The translations under genes and the position numbers were made by a program. A model generated the notes under the pieces. That model did no database searches, was not told the origin of the DNA, and was given only the letters and a program-made list of their open reading frames with translations. DNA of 63,328 bases, filler included, from Reticulomyxa filosa (lineage: Eukaryota; Protista; Foraminifera): assembly GCA_000512085.1 (NCBI GenBank). It is 23 parts of 23 records of this genome, joined end to end, with 100 filler letters (N's around TTAATTAATTAA, not from the genome) between each part and the next. Parts side by side here need not be neighbours in the genome. Positions count along the whole stretch, not along the records: positions 9,357 to 15,901 come from ASPP01011108.1; positions 16,002 to 17,197 come from ASPP01026119.1; positions 17,298 to 20,312 come from ASPP01002638.1; positions 20,413 to 22,360 come from ASPP01022088.1; positions 22,461 to 24,613 come from ASPP01005955.1; 18 more parts are not named here. One strand, 5' to 3'. This document shows, one piece after another, positions 10,462 to 23,489 of the stretch. Each line of letters opens with the position of its first letter. Within the stretch, counting starts at the first letter, position 1.

Positions 10462-13400
10462 TCACTCCTTGTTTTGAGTAGATTTGGATAGCAGTTCCTG
10501 AGCCTTGGCAGCAGATTGGTGTGTCACGTTTTGCAATTTTTCAACAGCTTGTTTTTGCGCAGCAGTCAATTCTTCTTTTTCTTTTTTCTTTTGTTCTTCC
10601 ATTTCTCGCTGTTAATTTTTTTTGTACAGGTAAAACACATTTCGCAGTTTAGGAAAAAAAAAAAGATAAAAACGTACTTCTCGTTGTAGTTGTTGTTCTG
10701 GAGTATAAAAGATCAATGGGACTTCTTCTCGGATAAATGGAGCTAAAGAGACCAAGCCCAAGTCAAAGTCTTCTCGAGTATACAATTCCTTTTCGTTTTT
10801 GTCTTTGAACACAAGGTATTCACCACTTTTGCATTTCCAAGGCCGGGAAACTAAAGTGGAATCATCGCGGATATCGGCCATTTCCCAGTCCGCCACACAT
10901 ATTTTGGTGCGTTCCTTGACTTTGGAAACCTGATAGGGGAATGGGTGTATGACCTGTAAGTTTTCATACGGTATGCCGCTGTATTGACTCAATATCTGAC
11001 GGACCTCCGTTTTAATCGCAGTCGAATTGAGGAAGGCCAGCTCTTCAAACTCGGAAAAGTCCATTTTTCGTGAATACCATCGGCCAATCAAAAGCAAAAT
11101 GTGATCTTTTGTTAAGTGTTCCTTTGTTGATGTTTTCTGGACGCAAATTTGTTGAAAGTCATGCACAGTGTTTTTTCCACGGCCGCAGTTGCCTCGCAAC
11201 GTTTTTGTGTCCAAGTATACTTTGGTCAAACGCGATGCGGTGAAATCGCGAATTCGCATAAAATCAGGATGGGGCATCTGTAAATATTGTATAATATAAG
11301 ATCAAGTTTCTTTTATAAATGATATATAATATATACATATATGTATATATTAATATAAATAAGTTTTATTTATTGCAATAACATTGGCGATATTTTCATA
11401 AATGATTTGTTTGACGTGAGCCATTTTCCAACTTTCGTCCAACACGACATTGCCAACAAACAGGAAAGCATCTCCCAAATCGGACTCGGTGCTAATATTG
11501 GGAAGTTCCACCCCCGTGGCTTCCGTGTTTGTCGTCGATGCATCCTCGTTGGTCGTGGTTTGAGTTTTTTCATTGTTTTCATTTTTCGATTGTTTTTCTT
11601 TCTTCACTCGCTCGACTTCCTTTTTCGCTTCTTCCAACACTTTCTTTTGGTCGTATTCTCTTTTTTTTTTCTTGTATACTTCGTCCTCAACGAAGATCTG
11701 AAACAGAAATTCGGTGGGTTTCAATGGTTTTCCTTTTTCGACAAAGATATGAGCATTCGTGCGAATTTCATAATACAACAACGACTTTGTCAAATCCTTT
11801 AATTCATGGTCATTGAAGTTGCGTCTCAACACGAGTTCTTCCATTGGTACGTCTTTTGTGTTCCATACACATGTACATATATGTAAATATAAGTTTATAA
11901 AAAAAAAAAAGTGCATACCCAAATTTTTGCTAAGTATGGTTTTCAACTCTCCCAATGATTTACGGACATCAAAGCTGACAAACTGGTCGAACTTTACCTC
12001 TTCCTTTTCTTTCAAAAGTTTGTTATAGCGAATGGTGATGACATTGAGCATTTCATCGAATTTCTTCAAAAGGGTCGACTCCCCACTCAAGTGGTTTTCA
12101 CAGCGCTCGACATGGATGGTGTCTCCCGGACGCAGACGTTGGTCGCCTTTCAACTTCAGGTTGTCATTGATCCACAGCGTAGCTGTCTCTTGAGCTTGGA
12201 AGACAATACGCAGTTGTTTGGCTTCGGTCAGTCCCAACAGCTTCGCACACGCAGCACGCACGTCTCCAACGGTGCCGTCCTCGGGAACAAGACAATCAGT
12301 TCTGGTTTGTACTCCATTCGCTCGGCGTCCAGCTCCACCATTCGTATTTCCATCATCGACGGCTCGTACTTTGGGAACGTTTCGTCCGGCTTTCTCGTTT
12401 CTAGCCACAAATTCTCCACCTCGCCAAATCGCAACTGCTGCAAGGTTTGCTCAAACAAGTCGCTGGTCAAGGGCTCCACCGGTATCGGGCGCGGCACCAC
12501 TTTCATTTTGCGCAAACGCATGCATTCCAACGAATCGATTTGCAGCTTTTCGCGCAACTTGTCGAAAATGAGTTGATGTGCTTGTCCCAATGTAATGTTT
12601 TTGTTGGCATGGATCTCGTGGAGGTCGCCTTTATAATGCACTGCCAAATTCAACAGGTCCTTCACCTTTTCAAACTCTTCTTTTTGACGTGCGTATATCT
12701 CGTCCTCTTTTCGGATTTCCTCGATCAATTCTGGCGAAATCAAGTCTTTGGGCACGCGGTTTATGTTCTTCGAAGTGTCTTTCAATCGGTAAATTAACAT
12801 ATACGCTGCCTTTTGGGGGTTGATAAATGAAGGTTTTGCAGGGGTTGTTTCTGCTGCCGTTGTTGTGGTTGATGTTGCTGTTGATGTGGATGTTGATGTT
12901 GCGCTTTGGCCAGAAGTGGGTGCATCACTGGACGGCTTTGCGTTTTCAAATCTCTTTCGTGTGTCCTCTTTCTTCTTCAAAGAGTCAGCCAACGTTCCAC
13001 TTACGTCCACGCCACCCATTTTGTCAATCAACTTTTTCTTTATGTTTCCCTCCAATGTTAGGTCCCCTTTTTCTAATTGTTTTGTGTTTATCCATTTTGT
13101 TCTTTTTTTAAAAAAAAAAAATAAAAGAAAAAAAAAGATTTAATATGCAGTTCACCATTGGCATTGTCTTGCTTCTTCTCTTTGTCGTCACTCTCCGATT
13201 GCTCCGTGTCTTTATCTTTTTGCTCGTCTTTCTTCTCAGTTTTGGGAGTGAAAAATTCGGTTATCGCTTCCAATGGGATTTCAATGACACGACTATCGTT
13301 AAATTGAAACCATTTTCCACTCTCAAAATCTTTGATATAAGCAAAATAATGACCACCCGTGGCCCCACCAGTATGAATTAGCATTGCATACAATTCGTAT

Positions 13401-14797
13401 ATTTGAGGAACTTTCGTAGTTGACTTTTTTTTTTTTGAAAAAACAACAAAATAAGCATAATTAAATACCTGTGGTACAAGTAAATATATACATGTTACGT
13501 GTATACATATATGCATGATGTATATAGTATACGTCCCGTTTGGCAAGAGGTGACCATCTCCCACGTATAATTGGCATTATAAATAGAAAAAAAAACAGTA
13601 AAATATGCAAGGATTTGGACAAGAAAAGTTGTAGTAACGTGTCTTTTTGAGCATCAGGTTTATCCGCTTCCGACACTTCTCCATATCCATCGCTGCCAAT
13701 ATATTGATTGGCGTCAAATTCCAAAGGAAACGGGATTTCCTTGTCAATTTTGACACGGGTGAGAGTGGCCATGTTGAAGGTCCATCGTCGAAAATAGACT
13801 TTCAAAATGTAAGGAAACGAATCAAAGCGATATCCTTTTTTCGTTGTGGTCTTTTCATTGCATATGTCACAAGTGACTTTGTTCCCATCCGTTAAGATTT
13901 CTGGCGTGATATAGCGTTTCATCGCGTCATCAAAAGATATCGCCTTTTCGATGTCCAATCCAATGCCGTGTGATGAGTCTTTTCGTGGACGTATATCCAT
14001 GCACTGCATACATTGCGCATAACTCAACACATTCATACGGTGGTAAACGCTCACGACTTCCGCCAATCGAAAACCAAACGCCTGATTCTCAACAAAGTCA
14101 AACAGCACATCCGCCAATTCCAATACGTCGTGTTGCACATACACTTGACGATCAGTCCATCCAAATGACGTGGTCAAGTCAGTTGTCGATACCTTTCAAG
14201 TTCAATTCAAAAAAAAAAGGGATTAAAAAAAAAGGTTCATCCGACATACACAAAAAAAAAAAGTTTGCATATTAAAAAAAAACAAACTAAACTGCTCCTT
14301 TGATAGAAATTTGTAGTCTTGCAAACAATCGCTGCAATTGCAATGGAATACACGACTTCTCTATTGGATGCAATTCCGGATTATACGCAAATTCGTACAC
14401 TGCTTGTCTCAGCTCTGGGGTCATAAACAATGCTTGCAATAAAGAGTTTAGGTAACACGTTGCCCCTTGGTTTTGTATCCCCGTAAAACCTGTCTCCGAT
14501 TTGTCGCTTATGTGTCCTGTAAAGAAATTCAATTGTCGCCATGGCGGTAATGGCACTCGGGCATTGCGCACTGGCAACGGAACGCTTGGGTCCGATATCG
14601 AAGGAACACCACCTGTGTCGTATTCGCTTCCTTGTCCAACACCCACGGTTGTGTACTGGTACCTTTTGTTTTAAACTAAGGGAAAGGGTCGGAAAAACAA
14701 ACGAAAATTCTTAACAAGATTATTCACAACTTTAAAAACTTAAACCTACTGTTTCCTCCTTTCTCTTTTTCAAAGCGTTCAAAAATGCAGCGTTCAT
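10462..14797 (-). CDS. Ubiquitin-specific protease, USP47/USP40-like (peptidase C19 plus C-terminal ubiquitin-like domains), multi-exon
   Basis: Cys box GIQNQGATCYLNSLLQ, TTSFGW, QHDV, His box YELYAMLIHTGGATGGHYFAYIK...WFQFNDSRV, and AAYMLIYR. Inferred ATG at 14797 and TGA at 10462. One apparent 1-nt frameshift near 12290. Confidence 0.92.
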
Positions 14798-16001
14798 TAT
14801 GTTGCTGTTTACTTCAAGCCCCCGTGCAGGTCTTACGTTCCAAGTTTTTTTGTTACGAGAAACTTTTTAGTAGCTGACCAGAAAACAAGTCACCAAGTTT
14901 TGTTTTTTTAAAGAAGATATACGAAATCTTCACTGTTTTAGCTACTTAAGAAATTTGACCTTTTTAATTAATGAAAAATTTTAATAAAAATTGCTCAGAT
15001 ATCTGAGCAAAAAAAGCAAACATTTCAAATTTAGAACAGATATACCGAAAGTTTTGGGCGTGCACAGTGACATATCCGTTCATTCTTACTATTTGCAACC
15101 AAGAAAACTGAAAAAATTACTAAATTATCTTTGAAAAATTTCGTGGATCAAGTGAAAATTTAAGTTTTTGTTATTAATAAATTCTTTTCAATCAACAACA
15201 CGAAAACATTGAAAATGAAAATATGATTATGTTGTGCAATCTAAGAGAAAATGATACCTAATTATGATCTAAGTTATTGTTATTCTTTGAATGAAAGATA
15301 TATTTTCTTTTTGTGTGTTAATGATACAAAGCTATCATTCTATGACAGCTCTTGTATTTCAAGATTTGCATTTTCTTTTTGATTTAAAAAATGTAGTGAA
15401 AACAATTCTTTTAAAAAGAAAAGTGTATTTTGTAATGATCACTAAAATTAAATGCATATAAATATATATTTTTTATGTTTTGCTGAAAAAAAAGCATCAA
15501 CTGCTGTTCAGATGCAGCTACTCATACAAACAAGAAATTAATATAAAGAAACAAAAACATATAAAGCGCTTGTTTTCCAAAACAGAGTTACTGACAAAAA
15601 AGATGAAAGAGAAAATGGAACTTTTCATTTGTCTGATTTTATGATTATATTATTTTCATCTTTTTTTTAAATTTAGTGTTGAGGGTAATTTTGTTGAATT
15701 TATGTTTAATCACTTAAATCTATATAAACAAGTTAAATCAAAATAAAAAATTATTGTTATCTTGGATTTTGTTAAAATAATTATCTAGCTGATTTGATTC
15801 AAAATAAAATATAATTGGAATAGAATTTTGAGATTAACAATTATTTTTTACCATAAGTATAATATAAATCAAAAAAATTAAAATATAATTATTACAAAAT
15901 TNNNNNNNNNNNNNNNNNNNNNNNNNNNNNNNNNNNNNNNNNNNNTTAATTAATTAANNNNNNNNNNNNNNNNNNNNNNNNNNNNNNNNNNNNNNNNNNN
16001 N

Positions 16002-17197
16002 CCAAGTTATTGACTCGTGACATTGTTCTTGTCTGGATATTTTGGCAGCGTTGTTTTGCAGTAATATACTATCCCATACATATGAACTTGTCACTTCATT
16101 CAATATTATTGCAATGTTATTTGCAAATGTGCTGGCACCAAAATTGCTCTCTATCTCTTGTATCATTCAAATAAAGAAGGATACGATTGCTGCTTGTCAC
16201 ATTCGAAATATTAATATGACTAACTTGAGCTGAGATTACCACTTGCGTGCACATAAGGTGTATATGTAGACAAATCTGTACCGCAACATAAATGGCCACC
16301 AACATCATCACGAAATAAAAAACGATTGCAAAAATTATTTGCAATTGCACCATCCACGGCGCCATTTCTATAAATAAAAAAAAACACATACATACACACA
16401 CAAACAAAAAATTCAATTACAATTTATCTATCTATCTTTTTTTTTTTACATACTTTGCTTCTGTTGCTGCTGCTCTTGTAATTGTAGCCTTTGTTGTTGC
16501 TGTTGTTGCATTGGCAGCAATTCCTGTTGTGACCGCCAATGCTGTTTCTTTTGTTGTTGGTTTGGCCTTGTCTGTGGCCTTGTCTGTGGCCTTGTCTGTG
16601 GCCATAGTAATTGTTGTTGATGTTGTTGTTCTTGTCGTCTGCGTAATTGTTGTTGTTGCTGTTGTTGTTGTTCTTGTTGCTGTTGCAGTTGGATTTGTCG
16701 TTCTCTGTCTTGTTGTATTTGTCTTGTCGTCGTCCTTTTCTTGTTGTTGCGTTCTCGTTGCTCTATCTCTTGTTGTTGGTGTTGCTGTTGTTGTTGTTGT
16801 TGTTGCTGCTGCTGTTGGAGTTTCTGTTGCTGCTGCTGCTGCTGTTGGAGTTTCTGTCGGAGTTGTTGTTGTTGTTGTTGCTGCTGTTGGAGTTTTTGTT
16901 GTTGTTGGAGTTGCTGTTGGAGTTGCTGTTGGAGTTGCTGTTGGAGTTGCTGTTGGAGTTGCTGTTGGAGTTGCTGTTGGAGTTGCTGTTGGAGTTTCTG
17001 TTGTTGTTGTTGTTGTTGTTGTTGTTGCTGCTGTTGGAGTCGTCGTCGTCGTCGTTGTTCTCGCTCTTGTTCTCGTTCTTGTTCTCGTTCTCGTTCTCGT
17101 TCTTGTTCTCGTTCTCGTTGTCGTCGTCGTTGTTCTCGTGCTCGTTCTCGTTCTTGTTCTCGTTCTTGTTCTCGTTCTCGTTGTCGTCGTCGTTGTT
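16002..17197 (-). CDS. Fragment of a mucin-like Thr-rich surface protein (possibly a pseudogene)
   Basis: Minus frame reads (TR)n, (TPTA)n, then ATDKATDKA...TTATTKAT. A GT-AG intron follows (about 16454-16370), then a frameshifted Cys-containing exon. Confidence 0.55.
16780..17197. repeat. Coding tandem repeats: 12-nt GTTGGAGTTGCT, (GTT)n, and 6-nt GTTCTC/GTTCTT
   Basis: Directly visible. These repeats produce the spurious poly-V, poly-L and poly-C ORFs on the + strand. Confidence 0.95.
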
Positions 17198-17961
17198 NNN
17201 NNNNNNNNNNNNNNNNNNNNNNNNNNNNNNNNNNNNNNNNNTTAATTAATTAANNNNNNNNNNNNNNNNNNNNNNNNNNNNNNNNNNNNNNNNNNNNTAA
17301 TGCGAATAAAACATATTCAAATTAAATCATGTATGACAAAGCGAGTCTTATCCCATTATATTACACTTTATTACATTTTCCATATATTAGTCTTTTTTAA
17401 AGTAAACAGTTTTTTTGAAAAATTAAAATGTCTAAGGCTATTTCTAAACAAAATTAGACAAAAGGTTTATCTAAGGAAATAAATTTATTATTTTTTGTTT
17501 AGTAGACAACTAAAATTATATTTAAAAACTACAAAATTTACATATATTTTTTTAAATAAAAAAATTATTTTTTAATGAATAAAATTGATCATATCTAAAT
17601 CAATTAAGATTATACTAGTTCCAGTAATAACAATTTGTATAAAGATCTTTAAAGCATTTTTCTTTTAAATAGATTTATTGAGAAAATAAAACCCAGGTAA
17701 AACTAATTTTGTCGAATCCTTAAATCAATTTAGTCTTTGTGAAATAATAATTATCGTGATTATAGAAAAGCAAAATTGAGGATACATAATGTTAAATTTT
17801 AAAAAAATGAAAATTGAATATAAACAATGAATAATACATTGATTTGTTTTGTTTATTATTGTAAACAGTACTTAACATAGATTATAAAAAAAAAGTCAAA
17901 TGCTTTTTAGTGCAAAGTAATCTGATAGAATATTATCAAAAAATGTTTAATGACTTTAATA

Positions 17962-18075
17962 CAGTATGTTGCAAAGAAAACTGAACGCCTAAAACGATAT
18001 ACTATGATGATAATTGATTTTCATGGAGAAAATCAATTATCATCATAGGATATCAGTTTTCTTTGCAACTTAATG
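17962..18075. mobile_element. Fold-back MITE with Tc1/mariner-type termini and a TA target-site duplication
   Basis: TA|CAGTATGTTGCAAAGAAAACTG...CTATGATGATAATTGATTTTC-ATG-GAGAAAATCAATTATCATCATAG...CAGTTTTCTTTGCAACTTAATG|TA. The element is almost entirely palindromic. Confidence 0.85.
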
Positions 18076-18574
18076 TACATTTAAATATATAGTGCAACTG
18101 ACTTATGAACAAACAAAATTGAGTCAAGCATGACTTATTTTTGTTTTAGCATATTGTCTTTTGTGTATCAAATGAGTTTTTTCTGATCACGGTTTAGTGC
18201 AGGATTAATTAGATTTGTTCATAAACAGATAGAATTTTCTTTTTGTAAATCATATTTTGTAGTTCTATTAGACAAGGACTTGTTTCTTTGCTTTATTGTA
18301 TTTTTTGTTATATACACTATTGATCTATCTTAAATTTGAGATCATGTTCTGGATGTTCTAGCACATGTCGTAGATTCACAATATCCAATGCATGTAACTT
18401 CCTTGGTTTAGAAGTTGAAAGTTATTGTAATTTTTTAAATGTCAAAATCGATAAATGTAAAGTCAAACGAAAAACTTCACTTTGTGGTTTATTGCAATGT
18501 CTAAGAAACCAGCAGATAACGTTTGAAAATATTGATTTGCAAATTCAAAATTGTTTACGCAATCCAAACACTTA

Positions 18575-19374
18575 AGCTGATATAAAAGAATCACAATTAA
18601 GAAAAATACTGAATGAAAATGATGCAAGTACTTACGAACTCAAATGTGATAATAATGATATTCAAATATTAGTTCAATCTATAGATGAAGAAGGAATACA
18701 AAAAATTGCTAGTAAAGTTGTCAACTTACTCAAACAAGAATGATAATTACTGAAGCTATATCTTTAAGTAATGATATACACTAATACAGGTGAATCAACA
18801 AAATCAGTAATTGCTAGATTTGGACGATCACAAGCAAAATATATCTAATTCATTAATATTATCATTAGAAGAAAAAGAGTGTCTATTATCATATTTACCA
18901 AAAGGAAATCAAAGTAAGCTATCGTTATTATATCATAGTAGTTTGGATGGATTTAAGACAAGTGTTTTTCATCGAAAATGCGATAAACAAGGACACACTG
19001 TTACAATTATACTTAATGAAAAACAGCAAGTTTTTGGAGGCTACACTAATGTTAGTTGGGGGACCAGTAATGGTTATTCAAGGGATGAATGTGTATTTTT
19101 ATTTTCATTGAGAAATCCAAAAAGTATCAGCAAACAAAAATTTACTATTATTGCTGATCAAGCCAATTTTGCAACCTTTAATAGCAAAAATCATGGTCCA
19201 ACGTTCGGTAAGAAAAAAATTCAAAGGCTATGATATCAGTATTAGTCCATGACGCAAGCACTTTTTATGGAGTAGTTGCAAACCAATGAACTACATATGT
19301 CCAAGTGATGAAACAAATCTAGAAGTTGCAAATAGGTCCAAAGTGGTAGATATTGAAGTGTACTTGGTTGAATG
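18575..19374 (+). pseudogene. TLDc-domain protein pseudogene
   Basis: LLYHSSLDGFKTSVFHRKCDKQGHTVTII...VFGGYT...HGPTFG...VVDIEVYLVE. In-frame stops (for example TGA TAA at 18741) and a frameshifted last exon. Paralogue of 33829-34779. Confidence 0.8.
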
Positions 19375-19612
19375 AGAAAATACATTATATAAGATTGAAC
19401 AATTTTTCTTTAAAATTTTGAATTAATATAAATTTAAAAAGAAAAAAGTTTCACTTTATATATTGCAATATGAAAATCTAGATAAAATTTGTCTTTCTGA
19501 AATTGTTAATTATTTCTTCCCATTTTGATTCATTGTTCTATCTTGATGTTATCTTAAAGTGCAGTGACAGTAAAACTCTTTTAAAAAAGGTGAAAAAAAT
19601 CACATCTATTTA

Positions 19613-19740
19613 CAGTAGGTTGCAAAAAATTGAACGCATAAAACTCCACTTTATGAAGTTGGTTGATTTTCTCCATGAAAAATCAACATTTAAACCTAAC
19701 TTTTTTTTCATTTAAAAAACTATCTAAAAATCTTGTAGTT
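19613..19740 (+). mobile_element. Solo terminus of the same Tc1/mariner-type family
   Basis: TA|CAGTAGGTTGCAAAAAATTGAACGCATAAAAC...TTGATTTTCTCCATGAAAAATCAACATTT matches the copies at 17962 and 49635. Confidence 0.8.
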
Positions 19741-20639
19741 TATATATATTATCCTTTTTTTTAGCAATTTGTTAGCTTGCTTTTTTCATTGTGATATCTT
19801 TGGTTATGTGTACATAATCACTCCAAAAAAAAGTACGTATACTACAAATTCTAAAAATTTAAAGTGAATAAATTTTTTTTTGTATATTGAACAGTCTATA
19901 AAATCATCACGTCCACAAAACTTGTGCAGTGTTTCAGTTATTTAAATTTCTTAGCTTTTGCAAACCGTCAATGCTGCCTTGCATTTCTTGTCGTGCAAAG
20001 TCACGTTGTGTCCACAATCTGTGCGAGTTATCAACAGCACCTTTTTGGATTTTCAACGTCCCTTCCAATCTTTTGTTGTCTTTTCAATTTATTTAGCAAT
20101 TGTTGTCTACTGCTTTATCTCCCTAATCAACATTCTACTCAAAAAAATTGTTTCAAAGATAGTACCAAGTTCTTGATTATGGAGGTGGGAAAAAAGTAAA
20201 AATTTATGTTTTTATTAAACAATGCTGAAAGGCCCACAAGGATAAAAAAAAATAACAAAAAAAAAAGAAATTTAATCCTCTCATTCTTCATTGTCAGATT
20301 TCTCATGGTCTGNNNNNNNNNNNNNNNNNNNNNNNNNNNNNNNNNNNNNNNNNNNNTTAATTAATTAANNNNNNNNNNNNNNNNNNNNNNNNNNNNNNNN
20401 NNNNNNNNNNNNAAAATATGATTTAAAGAAAGAATATATATGCAATTTGTATTGTAATTGAGCTATATTCTTTATTATTAAAATGTTGAAGAAAAGAAAG
20501 AAGAATATGTTAAAAATAAATAAATAAATACCACATTTAATAATAAATTATCAAATATGAAAATGAATATAGTTGATATAAATGAATAAATAATTGAAAT
20601 AAATGAAGAAAGTATTGAAATATTTAAAAATAAATAACT

Positions 20640-20790
20640 AGAAAAAAAATTATTAAAAATGCATTAGTTATTATGATCGGAATTGGTGAATGAATAAATT
20701 TGTCAAATTTAAAGAAATATGATTTATTAATTATAATTATTTGTGGACATGGTGATAATGGAAATATATTAATAACTAGTGAATGTAATT
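20640..20790 (+). pseudogene. Caspase-like (peptidase C14) gene remnant, truncated by a LINE
   Basis: KNALVIMIGIGE*...YDLLIIIICGHGDNGNILITSE, homologous to LIFIWCGHG...DTLITSD at 38142. It has an internal deletion and a stop. Confidence 0.7.
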
Positions 20791-20792
20791 AT

Positions 20793-22360
20793 ATACCGAG
20801 TGACAGAGGCTTGCGGTAGAAGTTCGGACATTGCTTGCCTTAAGAGTGTACGGTACATTTGAGAATTGGCAAAAAAAAAAAAAATAAAATCTATCATCGT
20901 CATCATCGTAAAAGATTTTTCAAGATTAACAAGAATATCGACAAGCAAACTAGATATATCGGAATATTTCGAAAGATCTCGAAAGTCCAAGAAAAATCGT
21001 TTTAAGAAACCTAAAATTTTTTTTTTTTACTAGTAAAATTAATTTTTTTAATTAAATTTTTTGTATTTTTGTGTTGAATATATTCGCTTAGCAGATTAAT
21101 CTAGAGCTGCTATACTCAGGTCTAGAAACACATGCTCGTAAAAGAAGTTTTGCTTTTATCAGACAGTATTTCGCGACTGAAAAATGCAATCCGGAGCTTT
21201 AAAACTTTTGTTGGATATTCAAATAAAGATGCAGTCAGCAAATTCTCAAACTCGTAATGCTGCCGATTGTGATTACAGCTTATTTAATGGGAAATCTGTA
21301 ATGAAATCGGATATGTTGAGTGGATTATTTGGTGATTCCAGTATTGGGATTCCATTATTGCAACAACAGCAATCAACCATGGATATTGATGGCAACGCAA
21401 ACAGAGCAAAGAAAAGGAAACTTCCGAAAATGATGACATTCCCTATATGAATGTCAAGAAGAGAAGGACTAATGAACAATCTTCTCAAATGCAAGTACAA
21501 ATCGCTGTGCGACCTGAAGTGGATGATAAAAAGAAAGAGGAAGAGATCACTTTCTCTAACATGTGGAAATTTTCGACAAGAATCGACACAATTTCATATA
21601 CTCATCATCACCAACCTTGGTGATTACACCAATTCAAGCCAAAGAACTTAAGTCAACAACATAAGTACTTAAGCTTCTTGGCTTGAAGAATAAACATCAG
21701 CTGACCAGAAATGTTATTGCTCACATTCTCTGGCAATCTAAAAACAGTCTATGTTTATTTTGCTGCGAATGTGAATGCTCAAAGCTTTGTACGATCAACA
21801 GTAATCAACATTCGTCGGATGGAGATGAGAAAGCCAAAGGACAATCCATTCGACAACCGAAATTTATCGACGAAATTATGTCGATGAAATCAAGAAAAGA
21901 AAAGAGCAGGAAGTATACAAACCTTAACAATGTTGTGTTATTGAAAAATGTTCAGTTCTGGAAAATGAAAAAGAAATCAAAGAGACATTGGAAGACTATG
22001 GCTATCCAAAGCCGAAAATGTCCTCGATGATAAGGAGATCCAGATTGGATACTCCATGGCACAAGCTGTCCTATATGATAAAAACAAGTCAAGGCCCAAG
22101 TACATTTTAAGCAATGTTGAATTGTTATAAATTGAACTACATTGCGAAAGAATGTGGATTGAAGAACCACGAAGCATCGAAATGTCGACACAGCAACAAA
22201 TGGGAACAATTTAGATTGAGATCAAAGAGGAATATTGACAATTGGATGCAATATATTGATCCTATTGTATTGAGAAACAAAGAGACATTGAACAAAGCAG
22301 TTGAATCTTGGACCAAATGTGCTATTGAAACTTAGAGATCAGATGCAGATAAAGCGTATC
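20793..22360 (+). mobile_element. Degenerate LINE: 5' region, ORF1 with CCHC knuckles, then deletion-fused ORF2 pieces
   Basis: Decayed gag knuckles C.NCYKLNYIAKEC and CGLKNHEASKC. These run directly into NKWEQFRLRSKRNIDNWMQYIDP...AVESWTKC...RSDADKAY, as in 1-620. Segment 20833-20872 resembles the minus strand of about 41240-41282. Confidence 0.8.
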
Positions 22361-22639
22361 NNNNNNNNNNNNNNNNNNNNNNNNNNNNNNNNNNNNNNNN
22401 NNNNTTAATTAATTAANNNNNNNNNNNNNNNNNNNNNNNNNNNNNNNNNNNNNNNNNNNNAAAAAAAAAAAATTAACTAATAATTGCTGTCTATTATATT
22501 CATCCACACATTTGACCCATTGTCTTTGGTTTCTTTTTTTTTGTTTTGCAACTATTTTTTTTTTTTTTTTTTGGTGTGTATGTACTTTTGTGCGACTAGG
22601 TTTTTTTATAAAAACAAACCAAAAAAAAAAAAAAAAACA

Positions 22640-22973
22640 CCAACTCAACTCTGATGGACTGAGTGTCACCTATTGTAACTAGCTTCGCGGGTAGCACATC
22701 TCCGCAAATGAAGTCAGTAAGACATATGTCTCCTTTGGGCTCCTCTCCCAATTCAACTTGCAGATTGGATCGACAGCAAACAAATAATTGAAAGGGAATG
22801 TAGTCACTTGATGATTTTTGTTCGCGTTCTTTGTGGTGATGAGGTTGGGTGTCACTGTCTGTGTCAATGTCATGCGGACGCTTTTTTCCCTTTTTATGTG
22901 ATTTTGACTTGTCTGAAGGCTCCCCTTTGCCATCATGGCGCCGACTTCTATGTCGGGATGGTTGTCTTTCCAT
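22640..22973 (-). CDS. 5' exon of an unidentified protein (basic, His-rich N-terminus)
   Basis: ATG-initiated frame ending in a GT donor followed by a poly-T intron. No domain recognised. Confidence 0.5.
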
Positions 22974-23489
22974 GGGGCACGTTTTTTTTTGTAAATTTTG
23001 GACAAGTATCTTCTCCCCTTTTTCTTTCGCTTTGGGCTGATAGTGATTAGGGACAAAAAGACATAAACAACTTTTGAGGTCATCATATTGGTAACGTTAA
23101 GAAAAGAAAAAGAAAATATTTAAGCATTTTCATACTTCCAATATCATGCTGAAAGAGTAAGATATAGGAGGTATCAAAATAATTGCAAAGTAAAAGGACA
23201 CAGCAAGAAAAACGGTTGCATGGTTCATTATTTTAGGTCTTTTTTTTTAGATTATTTTTGGACCACGAATACTCATGACCTCTTTTGCTCATTACACAAA
23301 AACAGCCAAACTAAAACTTATTTTACTCCTTAACATTGAGTTGCTTTATTGTTGCGGAATGAAAAATTACATCATATTTACCACAATTAGTAAATTTTGT
23401 TATACAAGACATGCTTAAACGAGTTTAAAATCATTTTACTTCTTTAAAATTTTGTCAATACAATAGTTGATGCAAAATGTCATACCTTT

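Noticed and set aside
12285-12295. Programmed frameshift in the USP gene
   Set aside because: There is no slippery heptamer, and one missing base restores the frame. Similar single-base slips occur in TM9SF, PI4K and the 26254-26747 gene, consistent with sequencing error.
16511-17253. Poly-Val, poly-Leu and poly-Cys ORFs on the + strand
   Set aside because: These are antisense shadows of the Thr-rich repeat exon on the minus strand.
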